From assembly GCA_003223135.1 (NCBI GenBank), contig QHXX01000021.1, positions 63,674-127,673 on the forward strand: DNA of 64,000 nucleotides, given 5' to 3'. The first letter of the stretch is position 1, and every line of letters starts with the position of its first letter. The DNA is from Acidobacteriota bacterium (lineage in GTDB: Bacteria > Acidobacteriota > Polarisedimenticolia > Gp22-AA2). Under the pieces are notes generated by a model. It saw nothing but the letters and a program-made list of their open reading frames with translations. It was not told the DNA's origin and did no database searches. Made by a program: the position numbers and the translations under genes. Below are positions 41,746-52,476 of this stretch, in pieces.

Positions 41746-43356
41746 TCACATCCGGAACACGCCGAAGCGCGTCGTCTCGATCGGAGCGTTCAGGCAGGCC
41801 GACAGGGCCAGACCCAGGACCCGCCGCGTCTCCGGAGGGTCGAGGATACCGTCGTCCCACAGGCGCGCGGTCGAATAGTAGGGGCTCCCCTCGCGCTCGT
41901 AGCTCTCCAGGATCGGCCGCTGGAACTCCTCGGCCTCCTTCGCCGGCATCGGCGGCGCGCCGCGGCGCGCCCGTTGCTCCTGCTGCACGGTGAGCAGGAC
42001 CCCCGCGGCCTGTTCCTTCCCCATGACGCTGATCCGCGCGTTCGGCCACATGAACAGGAAGCGCGGCCCGTAGGCCCGCCCGCACATGCCGTAGTTCCCG
42101 GCGCCAAAGGAGCCGCCGATGATCACCGTGATCTTGGGGACGGCGGCATTGGCGACCGCGTGCACCATCTTCGCCCCGTCCTTGGCGATCCCGCCCTGCT
42201 CGTACTCCCTGCCGACCATGAACCCGGTGATGTTCTGCAGGAACAAGAGCGGGACGCCGCGCATGGCGCACAGCTCGATGAAGTGCGTGCCCTTGAGGGC
42301 GCTCTCGCTGAACAGGACGCCGTTGTTGGCCAGGATGCCGACGGGGTATCCTTCGATCCGCCCGAAACCGCACACCAGGGTCGTGCCGTACAGCGCCTTG
42401 AACTCGCGGAAGCGGCTGTCGTCCACGACGCGGGCGATCACCTCGCGCACGTCGTAGATCTCCCTGAGACTGCGAGGAACGATCCCGTAAATCTCGAGCG
42501 GATCGTAGCGCGGCTTCTCCGGTGCGGCCAGGTCGAGCGTCACCCGCTTCTTCACATTGAGTCCGGCGACGATGTGACGCGCCTGCTCCAGGGCGTCCTC
42601 GTCGTCCACGGCGTAATGATCGGCGACACCCGATTTGCGCGTGTGCACGTCGGCCCCGCCCAGCTCTTCCGCCGATACGTCGACGCCCGTGGCCGCCTTC
42701 ACCAGCGGCGGCCCTCCCAGGAAAATCGTACCGGTCCCCTTGACGATGATCGTCTCGTCGCTCATGGCCGGGACATACGCCCCTCCGGCCGTGCACGAAC
42801 CCATGACGACCGCAATCTGAGGGATGCCCGAAGCGCTCATGCGCGCCTGGTTGAAGAAAATGCGTCCAAAGTGATCGCGGTCGGGGAACACCTCCGCCTG
42901 CAGCGGCAGGAAGGCGCCGCCCGAGTCGACCAGGTAGACACACGGCAGCCGGTTCTCTTCCGCGATCGCCTGGGCGCGCAGATGCTTCTTGACCGTCATC
43001 GGGTAATAGGTTCCGCCCTTGACCGTCGCATCGTTGGCCACGATCATGCATTCGCGACCGGAGACACGTCCGATGCCGGTGACGATACCGGCGGCGGGCG
43101 CCTCGCTCTCGTACATCCCGTGCGCGGCGAGCGGTGCGATCTCGAGGAGCGGCGATCCCGGATCGAGGAGCCGGTCGATCCGGTCGCGGACGAAGAGCTT
43201 GTGCTGCTGTGTGTGTCTTTCGTGGGCCTGCGCGTCGCCTCCCTGGCGTGCCCGGGCCAGGTGCCGCTTCACCTCTTCCGCGAGCGCGCGGTTGGCGGCC
43301 TCGTTCAGCCTGAATTCGGGATCGTCGGCTCGGATCTTCGATTCGATCGGGACCAT
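41746..43356 (-). CDS. 3-methylcrotonyl-CoA carboxylase beta subunit-like carboxyltransferase (MccB/AccD1)
   Basis: [61 protein letters not shown]; start MVPIES. Confidence 0.92.
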   Translation of the reverse strand: MVPIESKIRADDPEFRLNEAANRALAEEVKRHLARARQGGDAQAHERHTQQHKLFVRDRIDRLLDPGSPLLEIAPLAAHGMYESEAPAAGIVTGIGRVSGRECMIVANDATVKGGTYYPMTVKKHLRAQAIAEENRLPCVYLVDSGGAFLPLQAEVFPDRDHFGRIFFNQARMSASGIPQIAVVMGSCTAGGAYVPAMSDETIIVKGTGTIFLGGPPLVKAATGVDVSAEELGGADVHTRKSGVADHYAVDDEDALEQARHIVAGLNVKKRVTLDLAAPEKPRYDPLEIYGIVPRSLREIYDVREVIARVVDDSRFREFKALYGTTLVCGFGRIEGYPVGILANNGVLFSESALKGTHFIELCAMRGVPLLFLQNITGFMVGREYEQGGIAKDGAKMVHAVANAAVPKITVIIGGSFGAGNYGMCGRAYGPRFLFMWPNARISVMGKEQAAGVLLTVQQEQRARRGAPPMPAKEAEEFQRPILESYEREGSPYYSTARLWDDGILDPPETRRVLGLALSACLNAPIETTRFGVFRM

Positions 43357-43367
43357 TCCGGCCCGGC

Positions 43368-43396
43368 ATCTTACAGGCAGGCGGGACCACACGCAA
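43368..43396 (-). promoter_or_regulatory. sigma70-type promoter for the carboxylase operon
   Basis: Minus strand TTGCGT, 17 bp, TAAGAT; ends 11 nt before the ATG at 43356. Confidence 0.5.
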
Positions 43397-43445
43397 CCAC
43401 AGGACCGCGACCCGGACGTCCTCCTGCCGGCGGCCGGACGTCGCT

Positions 43446-44576
43446 TCAGCCCAGGAGCCGGTGAGCGTCCAGACGGATGAGGCCGAGCCTCCAGGCGCGC
43501 AGGCCCGGGATCTCTCCCGGTCTCTCCAGCGCCTGCGGGCCGACCGCCGCCAGCGCCTCGAGTGTCGACTGGGGAAACAGGACGCCCGGATCGAGGCCGA
43601 GCTCGGCGGCGCGTGTCTTGCGCCACTCGCGCAGGCGCTCGAGCCGGTTCTGCATGGCGGATGTTTTCTTGCGCGGACGCCCTCTCGGCGGCGCCGGCAG
43701 GTCCGCCGTCACCAGGAGCCCCGCGCGCACGGCCTCGAGAACGTCGGATCCGATCCGGCGACGTACCAGCGGCGTCAGCCCACGGACGCCGTTGAGGTCG
43801 GAAGAACCGGCCGGCATCTTCTTCGCCAGGGCCAGGAGCGCCTCGTCGGAGATGATCCGGAAGGGCGACAGGTCAGCCTCCCGGGCGCGCCGGTCCCGCA
43901 TGGCGTAGAGCTCGCGCAGGACGGCCGCTTCTTGCGGAGGAAGATCCCGGGCCCCCTTGATGCTCCAGAACATGTCCGGGTCGAAGACGCGCGGCTCCCA
44001 GGCGCGACGGGCCACGAGCGAGAACTCCTCCTCGGCCCAGGCGAGCCGGCCGAGCGTGGTGAGTTCGTCCTTGAGAACGTCTCGCAGCCGGATCAGATGC
44101 CGGACGTCCTCGGAGGCGTAGGCCCTCTGTCGTTCGTTGAGCGGCCGGCGCGACCAGTCGTCGCGCTGAGACCCCTTGTCGAGCTTGACGCCGAAGTAGG
44201 CGAACAGGAGGCTCGCCAGTCCGATGCCGGTCTTCCCCAGGAGCTGCGAGCCGATCATCGTGTCGAACAGCGGCTCCAGGTGAAACCCGAAATCACGCCT
44301 CAGATAGAGGACGTCCTGCTCCGCGGCGTGCAACACCTTGACGATCCGTTGTGCTCCGAGAACCTCCCCCAGCGGCTCGAGGCGCCTCAGGGCGAGGGGA
44401 TCGACGAGATACACCGTCTCGCCGTCGGAAATCTGGATGAGGCAGCACTTGTGATGGTAGTGGTAGAAGGAGTCGGCCTCGGTGTCAACCGCCAGGGCGG
44501 AGGCTTTCGACAGGCGTTGCGCTGCGCGATCGAGATCCCGGTCGTCGTCGACCCAGACGTAGGCCGCGTGGACCAT
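43446..44576 (-). CDS. rnd: ribonuclease D (DEDDy exonuclease with HRDC domains)
   Basis: [35 protein letters not shown]; HRDC-like C-terminus. Confidence 0.88.
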   Translation of the reverse strand: MVHAAYVWVDDDRDLDRAAQRLSKASALAVDTEADSFYHYHHKCCLIQISDGETVYLVDPLALRRLEPLGEVLGAQRIVKVLHAAEQDVLYLRRDFGFHLEPLFDTMIGSQLLGKTGIGLASLLFAYFGVKLDKGSQRDDWSRRPLNERQRAYASEDVRHLIRLRDVLKDELTTLGRLAWAEEEFSLVARRAWEPRVFDPDMFWSIKGARDLPPQEAAVLRELYAMRDRRAREADLSPFRIISDEALLALAKKMPAGSSDLNGVRGLTPLVRRRIGSDVLEAVRAGLLVTADLPAPPRGRPRKKTSAMQNRLERLREWRKTRAAELGLDPGVLFPQSTLEALAAVGPQALERPGEIPGLRAWRLGLIRLDAHRLLG

Positions 44577-45211
44577 CAACGCGGTCCCTCCGGCCCGGTA
44601 CGCGCCGGGACCAGGTGGCGGCGGACCCACCAGGCGGCACCGACGAGGAACAGGACCCCAATGAGGATGTCATATTTCCGGAAAGTGGACTCGAGGGTGT
44701 GCCAGTGCTCCCCCGTCTTGTACCCGAAGTACGCCAGGGCGTAGCAGAACGGGTACGAGCCGAGGAAGGTATAGAGGCTGAAGCGCATGAGCGGCATACG
44801 CGCCAGCCCGGCGGGGAGGGAAATGAACGTGCGCACGACTGGCATCAAACGACTGAAGAAGATGATCGGGCTGCCGTAGCGCGTGAACAGCCTGTCGGCC
44901 AGGTCGAGGTCGTGCCGGGAGATGAACACGTACCTCCCGTACCGCTCCACCAGGGGGCGCCCGCCCCGGGCCGCGACCGCGTAGGCCGCCCACGAGCCGG
45001 CGACGCAGCCGGCGGCGCCCCAGAAGGCCGCGCCGTGCAGGGTGAACTCCTGGCGGAACACGAGGTATCCCGAGAACGGCATGATGATCTCGGAGGGCAG
45101 GGGGATGGCGGCGCTCTCGATCGCCATCAACAGGAAGACGCCGAAGTAGCCCAGGCTGCTGATGGTCGCGGTGATGAACGCGGCCATCCACTTCAAGACG
45201 TCGGTGACCAA
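44576..45211 (-). CDS. DedA family membrane protein
   Basis: ESAAIPLPSEIIMPFSG, SRLMPVVRTFISLPAG. Confidence 0.92.
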   Translation of the reverse strand: MVTDVLKWMAAFITATISSLGYFGVFLLMAIESAAIPLPSEIIMPFSGYLVFRQEFTLHGAAFWGAAGCVAGSWAAYAVAARGGRPLVERYGRYVFISRHDLDLADRLFTRYGSPIIFFSRLMPVVRTFISLPAGLARMPLMRFSLYTFLGSYPFCYALAYFGYKTGEHWHTLESTFRKYDILIGVLFLVGAAWWVRRHLVPARTGPEGPR

Positions 45212-45225
45212 GCGGCTCGCCTCTC

Positions 45226-45984
45226 CTAGAGCTCGAGGTTCCAGCGGCGCAGCTGATCCATCACCTTGTAGTTGGTCAGGTCCAGATGCAACGGGGTGAC
45301 CGAGACGAAGCCATCGCCGAGCGCCGCGAAGTCGCTCTTCGGGTCATCCTCCCAGTCGGCCGATTGCGCGCCGATCCAGTAGTAGGTGCGCCCCTTCGGG
45401 TCGATCCGCTCGATGACACCGCCGGGATAGATCCGCCGGCCCTGGTGGGTGACGCGCACGCCACGTGGAGGGCGACGCGGTACGTTGACGTTGAACAGCG
45501 TGTCCGCCGGCATGCCTCGCTCCAGGATCTCTCGCGCCAGGACGCGCGCGAAGCGCCCCGCCGCGCCGAAGTCGACGGGAGAGTCCGCGCGGATTTCCTG
45601 CGAGATGGCGAAGGCCGGAAGCGACATCAAGGTCGCCTCGAAGGCGGCCGACACCGTACCGGAGTAGGTGATATCGTCTCCAAGGTTGTAGCCCCGGTTG
45701 ATCCCGCTCACCACCAGGCGCGGCCTCCCCTCGGCCTTCAGGATGGCGTGAATCCCGAGGTAGACACAGTCGGTCGGCGTCCCCTGCACGACGAAATGGC
45801 GCGGGCCACGCTTGTGGAAGCGCAACGGGTCGTTGAGCGTGAGGGCGTGCCCCTGCCCGCTCTGCTCGCGGTCGGGGGCGATCACCCAGACCGTGCCGAT
45901 CTCTGCCAGGCTCTCCTCAAGGGCTTTCAGCCCCTCGGCCCCGTACCCGTCGTCGTTGGTGATCAGGATGCTGACGGACTGCAT
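45226..45984 (-). CDS. surE: 5'/3'-nucleotidase SurE
   Basis: ILITNDDG, GTPTDCV, SGINRGYN, YSGTVSAA, VSVTPL. Confidence 0.96.
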   Translation of the reverse strand: MQSVSILITNDDGYGAEGLKALEESLAEIGTVWVIAPDREQSGQGHALTLNDPLRFHKRGPRHFVVQGTPTDCVYLGIHAILKAEGRPRLVVSGINRGYNLGDDITYSGTVSAAFEATLMSLPAFAISQEIRADSPVDFGAAGRFARVLAREILERGMPADTLFNVNVPRRPPRGVRVTHQGRRIYPGGVIERIDPKGRTYYWIGAQSADWEDDPKSDFAALGDGFVSVTPLHLDLTNYKVMDQLRRWNLEL

Positions 45985-46098
45985 GGGGACCCGTTTCCCC
46001 GGGCGACCGCCCCCCGGAGGGCTGCCCGCATGGGAGCGCGCCGGACCGCGGGGCACGCTCTCCGTGCCCCGCCCCGGTACCTGCGGCTTGACCTGGAT

Positions 46099-46175
46099 TG
46101 GTCGGGGCGACTGGATTTGAACCAGCGACCACCTGCACCCCAAGCAGGTGCGCTACCAGGCTGCGCTACGCCCCG
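46099..46175 (-). tRNA. tRNA-Pro(GGG)
   Basis: CGGGGCGTAGCGCAGCCTGGTAGCGCA-CCTGC-TTGGGGT-GCAGG...TTCAAAT...ACCA; 77 nt. Confidence 0.96.
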
Positions 46176-46232
46176 AGATTCCCGCTGAATCGTCCGTTCC
46201 CGTCGCCGGGAACGACGCTCGAAAGAGTCGTC

Positions 46233-46262
46233 ATTCTAGGTGCTGCGGCGCGGGCGCGTCAA
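46233..46262 (-). promoter_or_regulatory. sigma70 promoter of tRNA-Pro(GGG)-surE
   Basis: Minus strand TTGACG, 18 bp, TAGAAT. Confidence 0.6.
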
Positions 46263-46394
46263 GCGAGGCCCGGCGGCCCGTACCTTCGGTGACGCCCCGC
46301 CTTGCACCGCGCTTTCACGACCTTATATTTGAGACGGATCGCGCGTGGATGCAGTTCTGTGATCTCCACGCCGCTCGCCGTCCGGGAGCCGCCC

Positions 46395-47009
46395 ATGCTC
46401 GCACGAGTACCGGGCCGATCGCGTCCGCGCCACCGGTCGTGTCCCGGATCGCAGCGGCTCGCCAGCGCGATTCTCGTGACCCTGGCCCTGTCGACAGCGG
46501 TCTTGGCCCAGGGCGAGTCCCCACCGCTGGAATACCAGGTCAAGGCTGCTTTCCTCTATAACTTCGCCAAATTTGTCGACTGGCCGCCCGAGGTCTTCCG
46601 CGATCCGGACGCGGCGTTCGTCATCTGTGTCGTCGACGAGGAGGCCTTCGCGCAGGCCCTGGAGCAGGCCGTTCTGGGCAAGACGGTGAATGGGCGGGCC
46701 TTCCAGGTGCGGCGTCTGTCTGGCCCGGACGAGGCGGGTTCCTGCCAGATGCTCCATCTGGGCGCGGCCGCCTCGTCCCGGCTGACCGGCCCACCCAAGT
46801 CGATCCGGGGGGCGCCCATCCTCACCGTCGGCGATGACGTGGGATTTGCGCGACAAGGCGGCATCATCAACTTCATCATCCGAGACCATCGAGTGGGCTT
46901 CGAGATCAACCCGGAGGCGGCGGGGCGCGCGGGGCTTCGGATCAGCTCGAAGCTCCTGCAGCTCGCCTCCATCGTTCGGGACGAAGCCCGAACCGAAGAC
47001 GCGCGATGA
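46395..47009 (+). CDS. YfiR-like (DUF4154) periplasmic protein
   Basis: Signal peptide, EYQVKAAFLYNFAKFVDWP, FEINPEAA, LRISSKLLQLA. Confidence 0.88.
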   Translation: MLARVPGRSRPRHRSCPGSQRLASAILVTLALSTAVLAQGESPPLEYQVKAAFLYNFAKFVDWPPEVFRDPDAAFVICVVDEEAFAQALEQAVLGKTVNGRAFQVRRLSGPDEAGSCQMLHLGAAASSRLTGPPKSIRGAPILTVGDDVGFARQGGIINFIIRDHRVGFEINPEAAGRAGLRISSKLLQLASIVRDEARTEDAR

Positions 47010-47067
47010 GCACCTCCAGCGACTTTCTGCCGTGCGGGACATCGCATCGAATCCAAGGGGGACTGCC

Positions 47068-49065
47068 ATGAAGCACGTTCGCAAGGAACGCCCGACCCGA
47101 CCGTGGTCGCGCCCGCTCGTGACGCTTCTCGCCTGGAGCCTCCTGACTCAAGGCGCGGCGGCGCAGTCGCTCCCCGAGGACCTGACCCAGCTGCCGATCG
47201 AGCAGCTGATGGCCATCGATCTGGTTTACGGCGCCTCGAGACACGAACAGAAGATCACCGACGCGCCTTCATTCGTCAGTGTGGTCACGGCGGACGACAT
47301 CAAGCGTTACGGCTACCGCACGCTGGCGGATGTCCTGCGCGGCGTCCACGGTTTCTATACGACCTACGATCGCAATTACACCTACCTCGGGGTGCGCGGC
47401 TTCAGCCGCCCGTCGGATTACAACAGCCGTTTCCTCTTGCTTGTCGACGGTCACCGGATCAATGACAACTTTTACGGCAGCGCCTACATCGGGACGGAGG
47501 AGGTTATCGACGTGGATCTCATCGACCGCGTCGAGATCATCCGCGGGCCGAGCTCGTCGCTCTATGGCACGAGCGCCTTCTTCGCGGTCATCAACGTGAT
47601 CACGCTCAAGCAGGGCGATGTTCCGCGGCTGCAGCTGAGCGGGACCGGGGCCAGCTACGGCACGCCCGCGGGTCGCGTGAATTTCGGGAAGTCCTTCGCG
47701 AGCGGGGTCTCCGTCCTGGCGTCGGCTTCCGCCTATGACAGCGCCGGGCAGAAACTGTTCTACCCGTAATACAATGACCCGCTGAACAACAACGGCATCT
47801 CCGAGAACAGCGACGACGATCGAGCCTATCGGTTCTTCTCAACGGCCTCCTTCAAGAACCTCACCGTCCAGATCGCCTTCAACAGCCGGGAGAAGGGCAT
47901 CCCGACGGGCGCCTTCGATACGCCGTTCAACGACCCGGACGCGCGAACCCTCGACACGCGCAGCTACCTCGACGTGAAGTACGAGCGCGCGCTCTCGGCG
48001 AAGACCGGCCTGCTGGCCCGGGCCTATTTCGATCGCTACTACTATCGCGGCGACTATCCCTACTATTCGCCCTACCCGACGATCCTTCTGTACCGCGAGC
48101 ACTCCTGGGGCGACTGGTACGGCACCGAGGCGAAGCTCACGCTGAAGCCGGGCGAGAAGCAAACCCTCACGACCGGGCTGGAGTTCCGCGGCAACGTGAA
48201 GCAGCGTTTCCGGTGGCAAAACGTCGATCCCGGTCCGGTCGATTTCGATGACCAGATCCGATCGGAAGAGGGCGGGCTGTATGTCCAGGACGAGGTCGCC
48301 GTCGCGAAGAACCTGACTTTGAATCTGGGCGTTCGCCGCGATCAGTATGAGACATTCGGTGGGAACACGAACCCGCGGGCCGCAATCATTTACCGACCGG
48401 CGGAGCAGACGACGCTGAAGCTCCTGTACGGCAGCGCGTTCCGCGCCCCGACCGTTTACGAGCTGCACTACGGATCGCACGCCAATTCCGACCTGGATCC
48501 CGAGGCGATCTCCACCTACGAGATCGTCCTTGAGCAGTACACTCACGGCAACCTTCGTCTCGCGGGATCCGCCTTCCTGTACCGCATCGCAGATCTGGTC
48601 AGCGTCGATACGTCCACCGGCCTGTTCGAGAACCTCGACCATGTCAGGGCCCAAGGGATCGAGCTCGAGCTCGAGAAGCGCTTCAAATCGGGCTTCAGGC
48701 TGCGCTGCAGCTCGAGCCTTCAGGGTGCGCGCGACGCCGCGACGGATCAGCCGCTCACCAATTCACCGAGTCACCTCGCCAAGCTGAACGCCGACCTCCC
48801 GATCCGGGGCGAGCGGCTTTCGGCAGGCGTCGAGGTCCAGTACACCAGCAGGCGCCTGACGCTGGCCGGCGATCACGCGCCGGGCTATGCCGTGGCCAAC
48901 CTGACGCTGCTGAGCCGGGAGCTCGCCAAAGGACTCGAAGTGTCCGGCAGCGTCTACAATCTCTTCGACACCAGGTACGCCGATCCCGGCTCGGAGCATC
49001 ACATCCAGGACACGATCGAGCAGGACGGCCGGAATTTCCGTCTGAAGCTGACCTGGAGCTTTTGA
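47068..49065 (+). pseudogene. TonB-dependent receptor interrupted by an in-frame TAA at 47767-47769
   Basis: Plug motifs (LADVLR, RVEIIRGPSSSLYG) run to KLFYP*; the frame continues YNDPLNNNGI... into the 47974 ORF and ends LKLTWSF. Confidence 0.85.
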
Positions 49066-49140
49066 GACCGCCCGGCGCGCGATCCCGCCGGGGACCGGTG
49101 CAGCACCGCACGATGGCCGCCCTCGGCGGGACGACTGCGG

Positions 49141-49170
49141 TTGCCCGCGCCGCCGTGGTCCCCATATAAT
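49141..49170 (+). promoter_or_regulatory. sigma70-type promoter for tdh-kbl
   Basis: TTGCCC, 18 bp, TATAAT. Confidence 0.55.
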
Positions 49171-49241
49171 CCCGCCCTCGGACCCGTTCCATGGGTCTTT
49201 CGGGTACGCGGTTCCCCCACTCCGCGACCGACAAGGATTCG

Positions 49242-50381
49242 ATGAAGGCGATTCGCAAGGTGGCGCCCCGGCCGGGCGCGCTCGAATGGGCCGACGTCGA
49301 GGCGCCGCCCTGCGGCCCCTCCGAGGTTCTGGTGCGCGTGCGGGCCGCGTCCCTGTGCGGCACCGATGCCCACATCTACAATTGGGACGGGTCGGTGCGG
49401 GACATGATCCTCGCCACCACCGACCGGCTGCGCCGGCCCCGGATCATCGGCCACGAGTTCTGCGGCGAAGTAGTGGAGCTGGGCCGCGAGGTGCGGGGCG
49501 TCGGCGAGCGCGGCGCGGAGGCGATCCGGCTCGGTGACTTCGTGTCCGCGGAGTCGCACATCGTGTGCGGCGAGTGCTACCAGTGCCGGCGGGGGCAGTT
49601 CCACGTCTGCACGCGCGAAAAGATCATCGGCGTCCACCGCGACGGCGGTTTCGCCGAGTACATCGCCATCCCGGCGTCCTGCGCCTGGATCAACGACCCC
49701 TCCGTCGTGCCCGTCGAGGTGGCCTGCATCGAGGAGCCGTTCGGCAACGCGGTGCACGCCGCCACCGAGTACGACCCCCGTGGACAGTGCGTCGTGATCA
49801 TCGGGGCCGGCCCGATCGGGTTGTTTTCGATCATCGTGGCGGAAGCCTTCGGGGCGGAACGCATCCTCGCCATTGACACCACGGCCTTCCGCCTGGACCT
49901 CGCCGCGCGCGTGGGAGCGCACACCACCCTGCTCACGACACCCGCCCCTCCCGGTGACGCGGGAGCGCGCGCCTTCGAGCGCGAGCGCATCGTGGGCTTG
50001 ATCCGCGATGCGGCGGCACCGTACGAGCCCGACCTGGTGTTCGAGATGAGCGGGCACCCCGACGCGATCGACACGGCCCTCAGGGCCGTGCGCCGCGGCG
50101 GCAAGGTGATCCTGTTCGGACTCCCGAAGCAGTCGGCGGTCACCTTCGAGCGCTACGCCGACGATGTCATCTTCGGCGGCGTGACGCTCAAAGGCATCAT
50201 CGGCCGCAAACTCTACGACACCTGGAAGCGGACCCGCGAGCTCGTGTCGCGCCCCGAGGTGCGATCCAAGATTCGCGCCGTGATCACCCACACCTTGCCG
50301 TTCGAACGTTTCGAAGAGGCGTTCCAGAAAATGCTCGCGCGCGAGACCGGCAAGGTGGTTCTGCGCGTCAGCCGGGATTGA
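49242..50381 (+). CDS. tdh: L-threonine 3-dehydrogenase
   Basis: SLCGTDAHI, GHEFCG, ESHIVCGECYQC, EEPFGNAVH, GAGPIG; adjacent to kbl. Confidence 0.9.
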   Translation: MKAIRKVAPRPGALEWADVEAPPCGPSEVLVRVRAASLCGTDAHIYNWDGSVRDMILATTDRLRRPRIIGHEFCGEVVELGREVRGVGERGAEAIRLGDFVSAESHIVCGECYQCRRGQFHVCTREKIIGVHRDGGFAEYIAIPASCAWINDPSVVPVEVACIEEPFGNAVHAATEYDPRGQCVVIIGAGPIGLFSIIVAEAFGAERILAIDTTAFRLDLAARVGAHTTLLTTPAPPGDAGARAFERERIVGLIRDAAAPYEPDLVFEMSGHPDAIDTALRAVRRGGKVILFGLPKQSAVTFERYADDVIFGGVTLKGIIGRKLYDTWKRTRELVSRPEVRSKIRAVITHTLPFERFEEAFQKMLARETGKVVLRVSRD

Positions 50382-50389
50382 GGTCGACG

Positions 50390-51577
50390 ATGAACGCACG
50401 GCTCAAGGCGTACCTCGACACGGAGATCGGCTCCCTCAAGTCGAGGGGCATCTACAGGATGCCGCGCGTGCTGGAGAGCCCGGCCGGCCCGCGCGTGCGC
50501 ATGGACGGGCGCGACATCATTCAGCTCTCGTCCAACAACTATCTGGGGCTAACCACGCATCCCAGGGTCCTGGCCGCAGCGCGCCGCGCGATCGACGAGT
50601 TCGGCGCAGGGCCGGGTGCGGTACGCACGATCGCCGGCACGATGTCGCTGCATCTGGAACTCGAAAGGCGCCTGGCGCGGTTCAAGTCGACGGAGTCGGC
50701 CCTGGTCTTCCAGTCGGGATACACCGCCAACGTCGGCGTCGTCTCGACTCTCATGCAGGAGGGCGACCTGATCGTCTCGGACGAGCTGAACCACGCCAGC
50801 ATCATCGACGGCTGTCGGCTGTGCAAGGCGGATCGGGCGATTTACCGCCACCTCGACTACGAAAACCTGCGGGAGATTCTGAGGACCGCGCGCCGGAAGA
50901 CGACGGGGAAGATCCTGGTCGTGGCCGACGGCGTGTTCTCGATGGACGGGGATGTCTCGGATCTCAGGACCATCCGCACGCTGTGCCGTGAGTTCGACGC
51001 CATCCCGATGGTCGACGACGCGCACGCCACCGGGGTCCTGGGCACGGATGGCCGGGGCACCGTGGATCACTTCGGCCTGAAGGACGACTGGGACATCCAG
51101 ATCGGCACGATGTCCAAGGCCTTCGGCGTGATGGGCGGCTACGTCTGCGGACCGCGCCCCCTCATCGACTTCTACATCCACAAGGCGCGACCCTTCCTGT
51201 TCTCCTCGTCGCACCCGCCGGCCGTAATGGCCGCCTGCATCGCCGCCGTCGAGGTCATGGAATCGGAGCCGGAGCTTTTGGCCCGGTTGTGGGAGAACAC
51301 CCGCACCTTCAAGGAGGGGCTCAAGCGCCTGGGATTCGACACCGGCGCCTCGATCACCCCGATCACCCCGGTCATCATCGGCTCCGGGGCCAAGGCGGCG
51401 CGCTTCTCGGACGAGCTCTTCGAGAGCGGGGTGTTTGCGCAGGGCATCTTCTTCCCGATGGTCGCCGAGGAGAAGTCGCGCGTGCGCACCATCGTCATGG
51501 CCACCCACACGCACCAGGACCTCGAGGAGGCGCTCGGCGTGTTCGAGGTCGTCGGCAGGAAGCTCGGAGTGATCTAG
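50390..51577 (+). CDS. kbl: glycine C-acetyltransferase (2-amino-3-ketobutyrate CoA ligase)
   Basis: SSNNYLGL, SDELNHASIIDG, DGVFSMDG, VDDAHA, GTMSKA (PLP lysine). Confidence 0.92.
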   Translation: MNARLKAYLDTEIGSLKSRGIYRMPRVLESPAGPRVRMDGRDIIQLSSNNYLGLTTHPRVLAAARRAIDEFGAGPGAVRTIAGTMSLHLELERRLARFKSTESALVFQSGYTANVGVVSTLMQEGDLIVSDELNHASIIDGCRLCKADRAIYRHLDYENLREILRTARRKTTGKILVVADGVFSMDGDVSDLRTIRTLCREFDAIPMVDDAHATGVLGTDGRGTVDHFGLKDDWDIQIGTMSKAFGVMGGYVCGPRPLIDFYIHKARPFLFSSSHPPAVMAACIAAVEVMESEPELLARLWENTRTFKEGLKRLGFDTGASITPITPVIIGSGAKAARFSDELFESGVFAQGIFFPMVAEEKSRVRTIVMATHTHQDLEEALGVFEVVGRKLGVI

Positions 51578-51588
51578 GCGCTGGGAGC

Positions 51589-52476
51589 CTATCCCGCGGG
51601 CCTCGACCGCTCCCCCATGCCGCCGGGCAGCGGTCCGGGGCCGGTGAAGTAGGCGTCGGGCAGGGTGTCGTAGACCTCCATGATCGGATGGAGGATCTTC
51701 AGCGTCGCCCCCTTGCGGTGGGTGACTTTCTCCGGGCAGAGCAGGATGCGTCCGCGGCGTGTCCAGCCCTTCCAGTCCCAGACCGTCGGCTCGCTCCCGG
51801 GCGGGTCGTCCTGGAGAATGTACGACCAGCGGTCCATGACGTGAGTCTTCCGGTTGACGTGGGCCCAATAGCGATCGCGCGGTGTCAGCCCCACCTCTTC
51901 GAAGGTCAGCTCGACCAGGTCATACTCCTCGCCATCGCGAGTCTCTTCCCCGGCGTATTTCAGGTGAACTCCGGGGTCCTTCATCTTGTACGGCATCAGG
52001 AGCCAGTAGGTGTCGTTGATCCAGGCCTCGTACGCCTCGTTCAAGAGTGGCTTGGCCGTCGCCGCATCCATCTTCAGCGGCGTCGCGGGCGCCGCCGGGG
52101 CGGCGCCGCCCTCGGCACGTGTCTCCTTCGGCAGCCCGTAAGCGTCACCCAGCCGCGAGTTCACGTCGATGAGGACGACGAACGGGGTGCCGTCCTTGCC
52201 CCGCGATTCGTAGCGCAGGCGCCCGTCCCAGCGGTCCCACAGATGCGTGCGATAGGCGATCCGCTTGCCATCGCGCTCCACGGCGAAGGCGAAATAGAGG
52301 AAGCGCGTGTCCTCCCAGGCCTGGCGTCCCCCGAGCGCCGCCATCACCAGATCGGTGACGGCGATCGCCCGCGGGTCGGAGCGAGACGGATCGAAGACCT
52401 GCGGCGCCGAGGGGGTCGTCCCGTAGGCGAGACACGCCGCCAGAAGGGCGAGCACGGGACCCGCAGGAGCCCTCAT
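51589..52476 (-). CDS. exported hypothetical protein (possibly DUF6503-like)
   Basis: Signal-like N-terminus; [25 protein letters not shown] pattern. Confidence 0.6.
   Translation of the reverse strand: MRAPAGPVLALLAACLAYGTTPSAPQVFDPSRSDPRAIAVTDLVMAALGGRQAWEDTRFLYFAFAVERDGKRIAYRTHLWDRWDGRLRYESRGKDGTPFVVLIDVNSRLGDAYGLPKETRAEGGAAPAAPATPLKMDAATAKPLLNEAYEAWINDTYWLLMPYKMKDPGVHLKYAGEETRDGEEYDLVELTFEEVGLTPRDRYWAHVNRKTHVMDRWSYILQDDPPGSEPTVWDWKGWTRRGRILLCPEKVTHRKGATLKILHPIMEVYDTLPDAYFTGPGPLPGGMGERSRPAG

Noticed and set aside
36932-46175. Two similar tRNA-Pro sequences as att-site duplication bounding an island
   Set aside because: Both are complete isoacceptors with different anticodons and their own promoters; the genes between them are core metabolism.
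47767-47769. Programmed stop-codon recoding (Sec/Pyl) in the TonB receptor
   Set aside because: The codon is TAA, not TGA or TAG, and no recoding machinery or SECIS-like element is evident.
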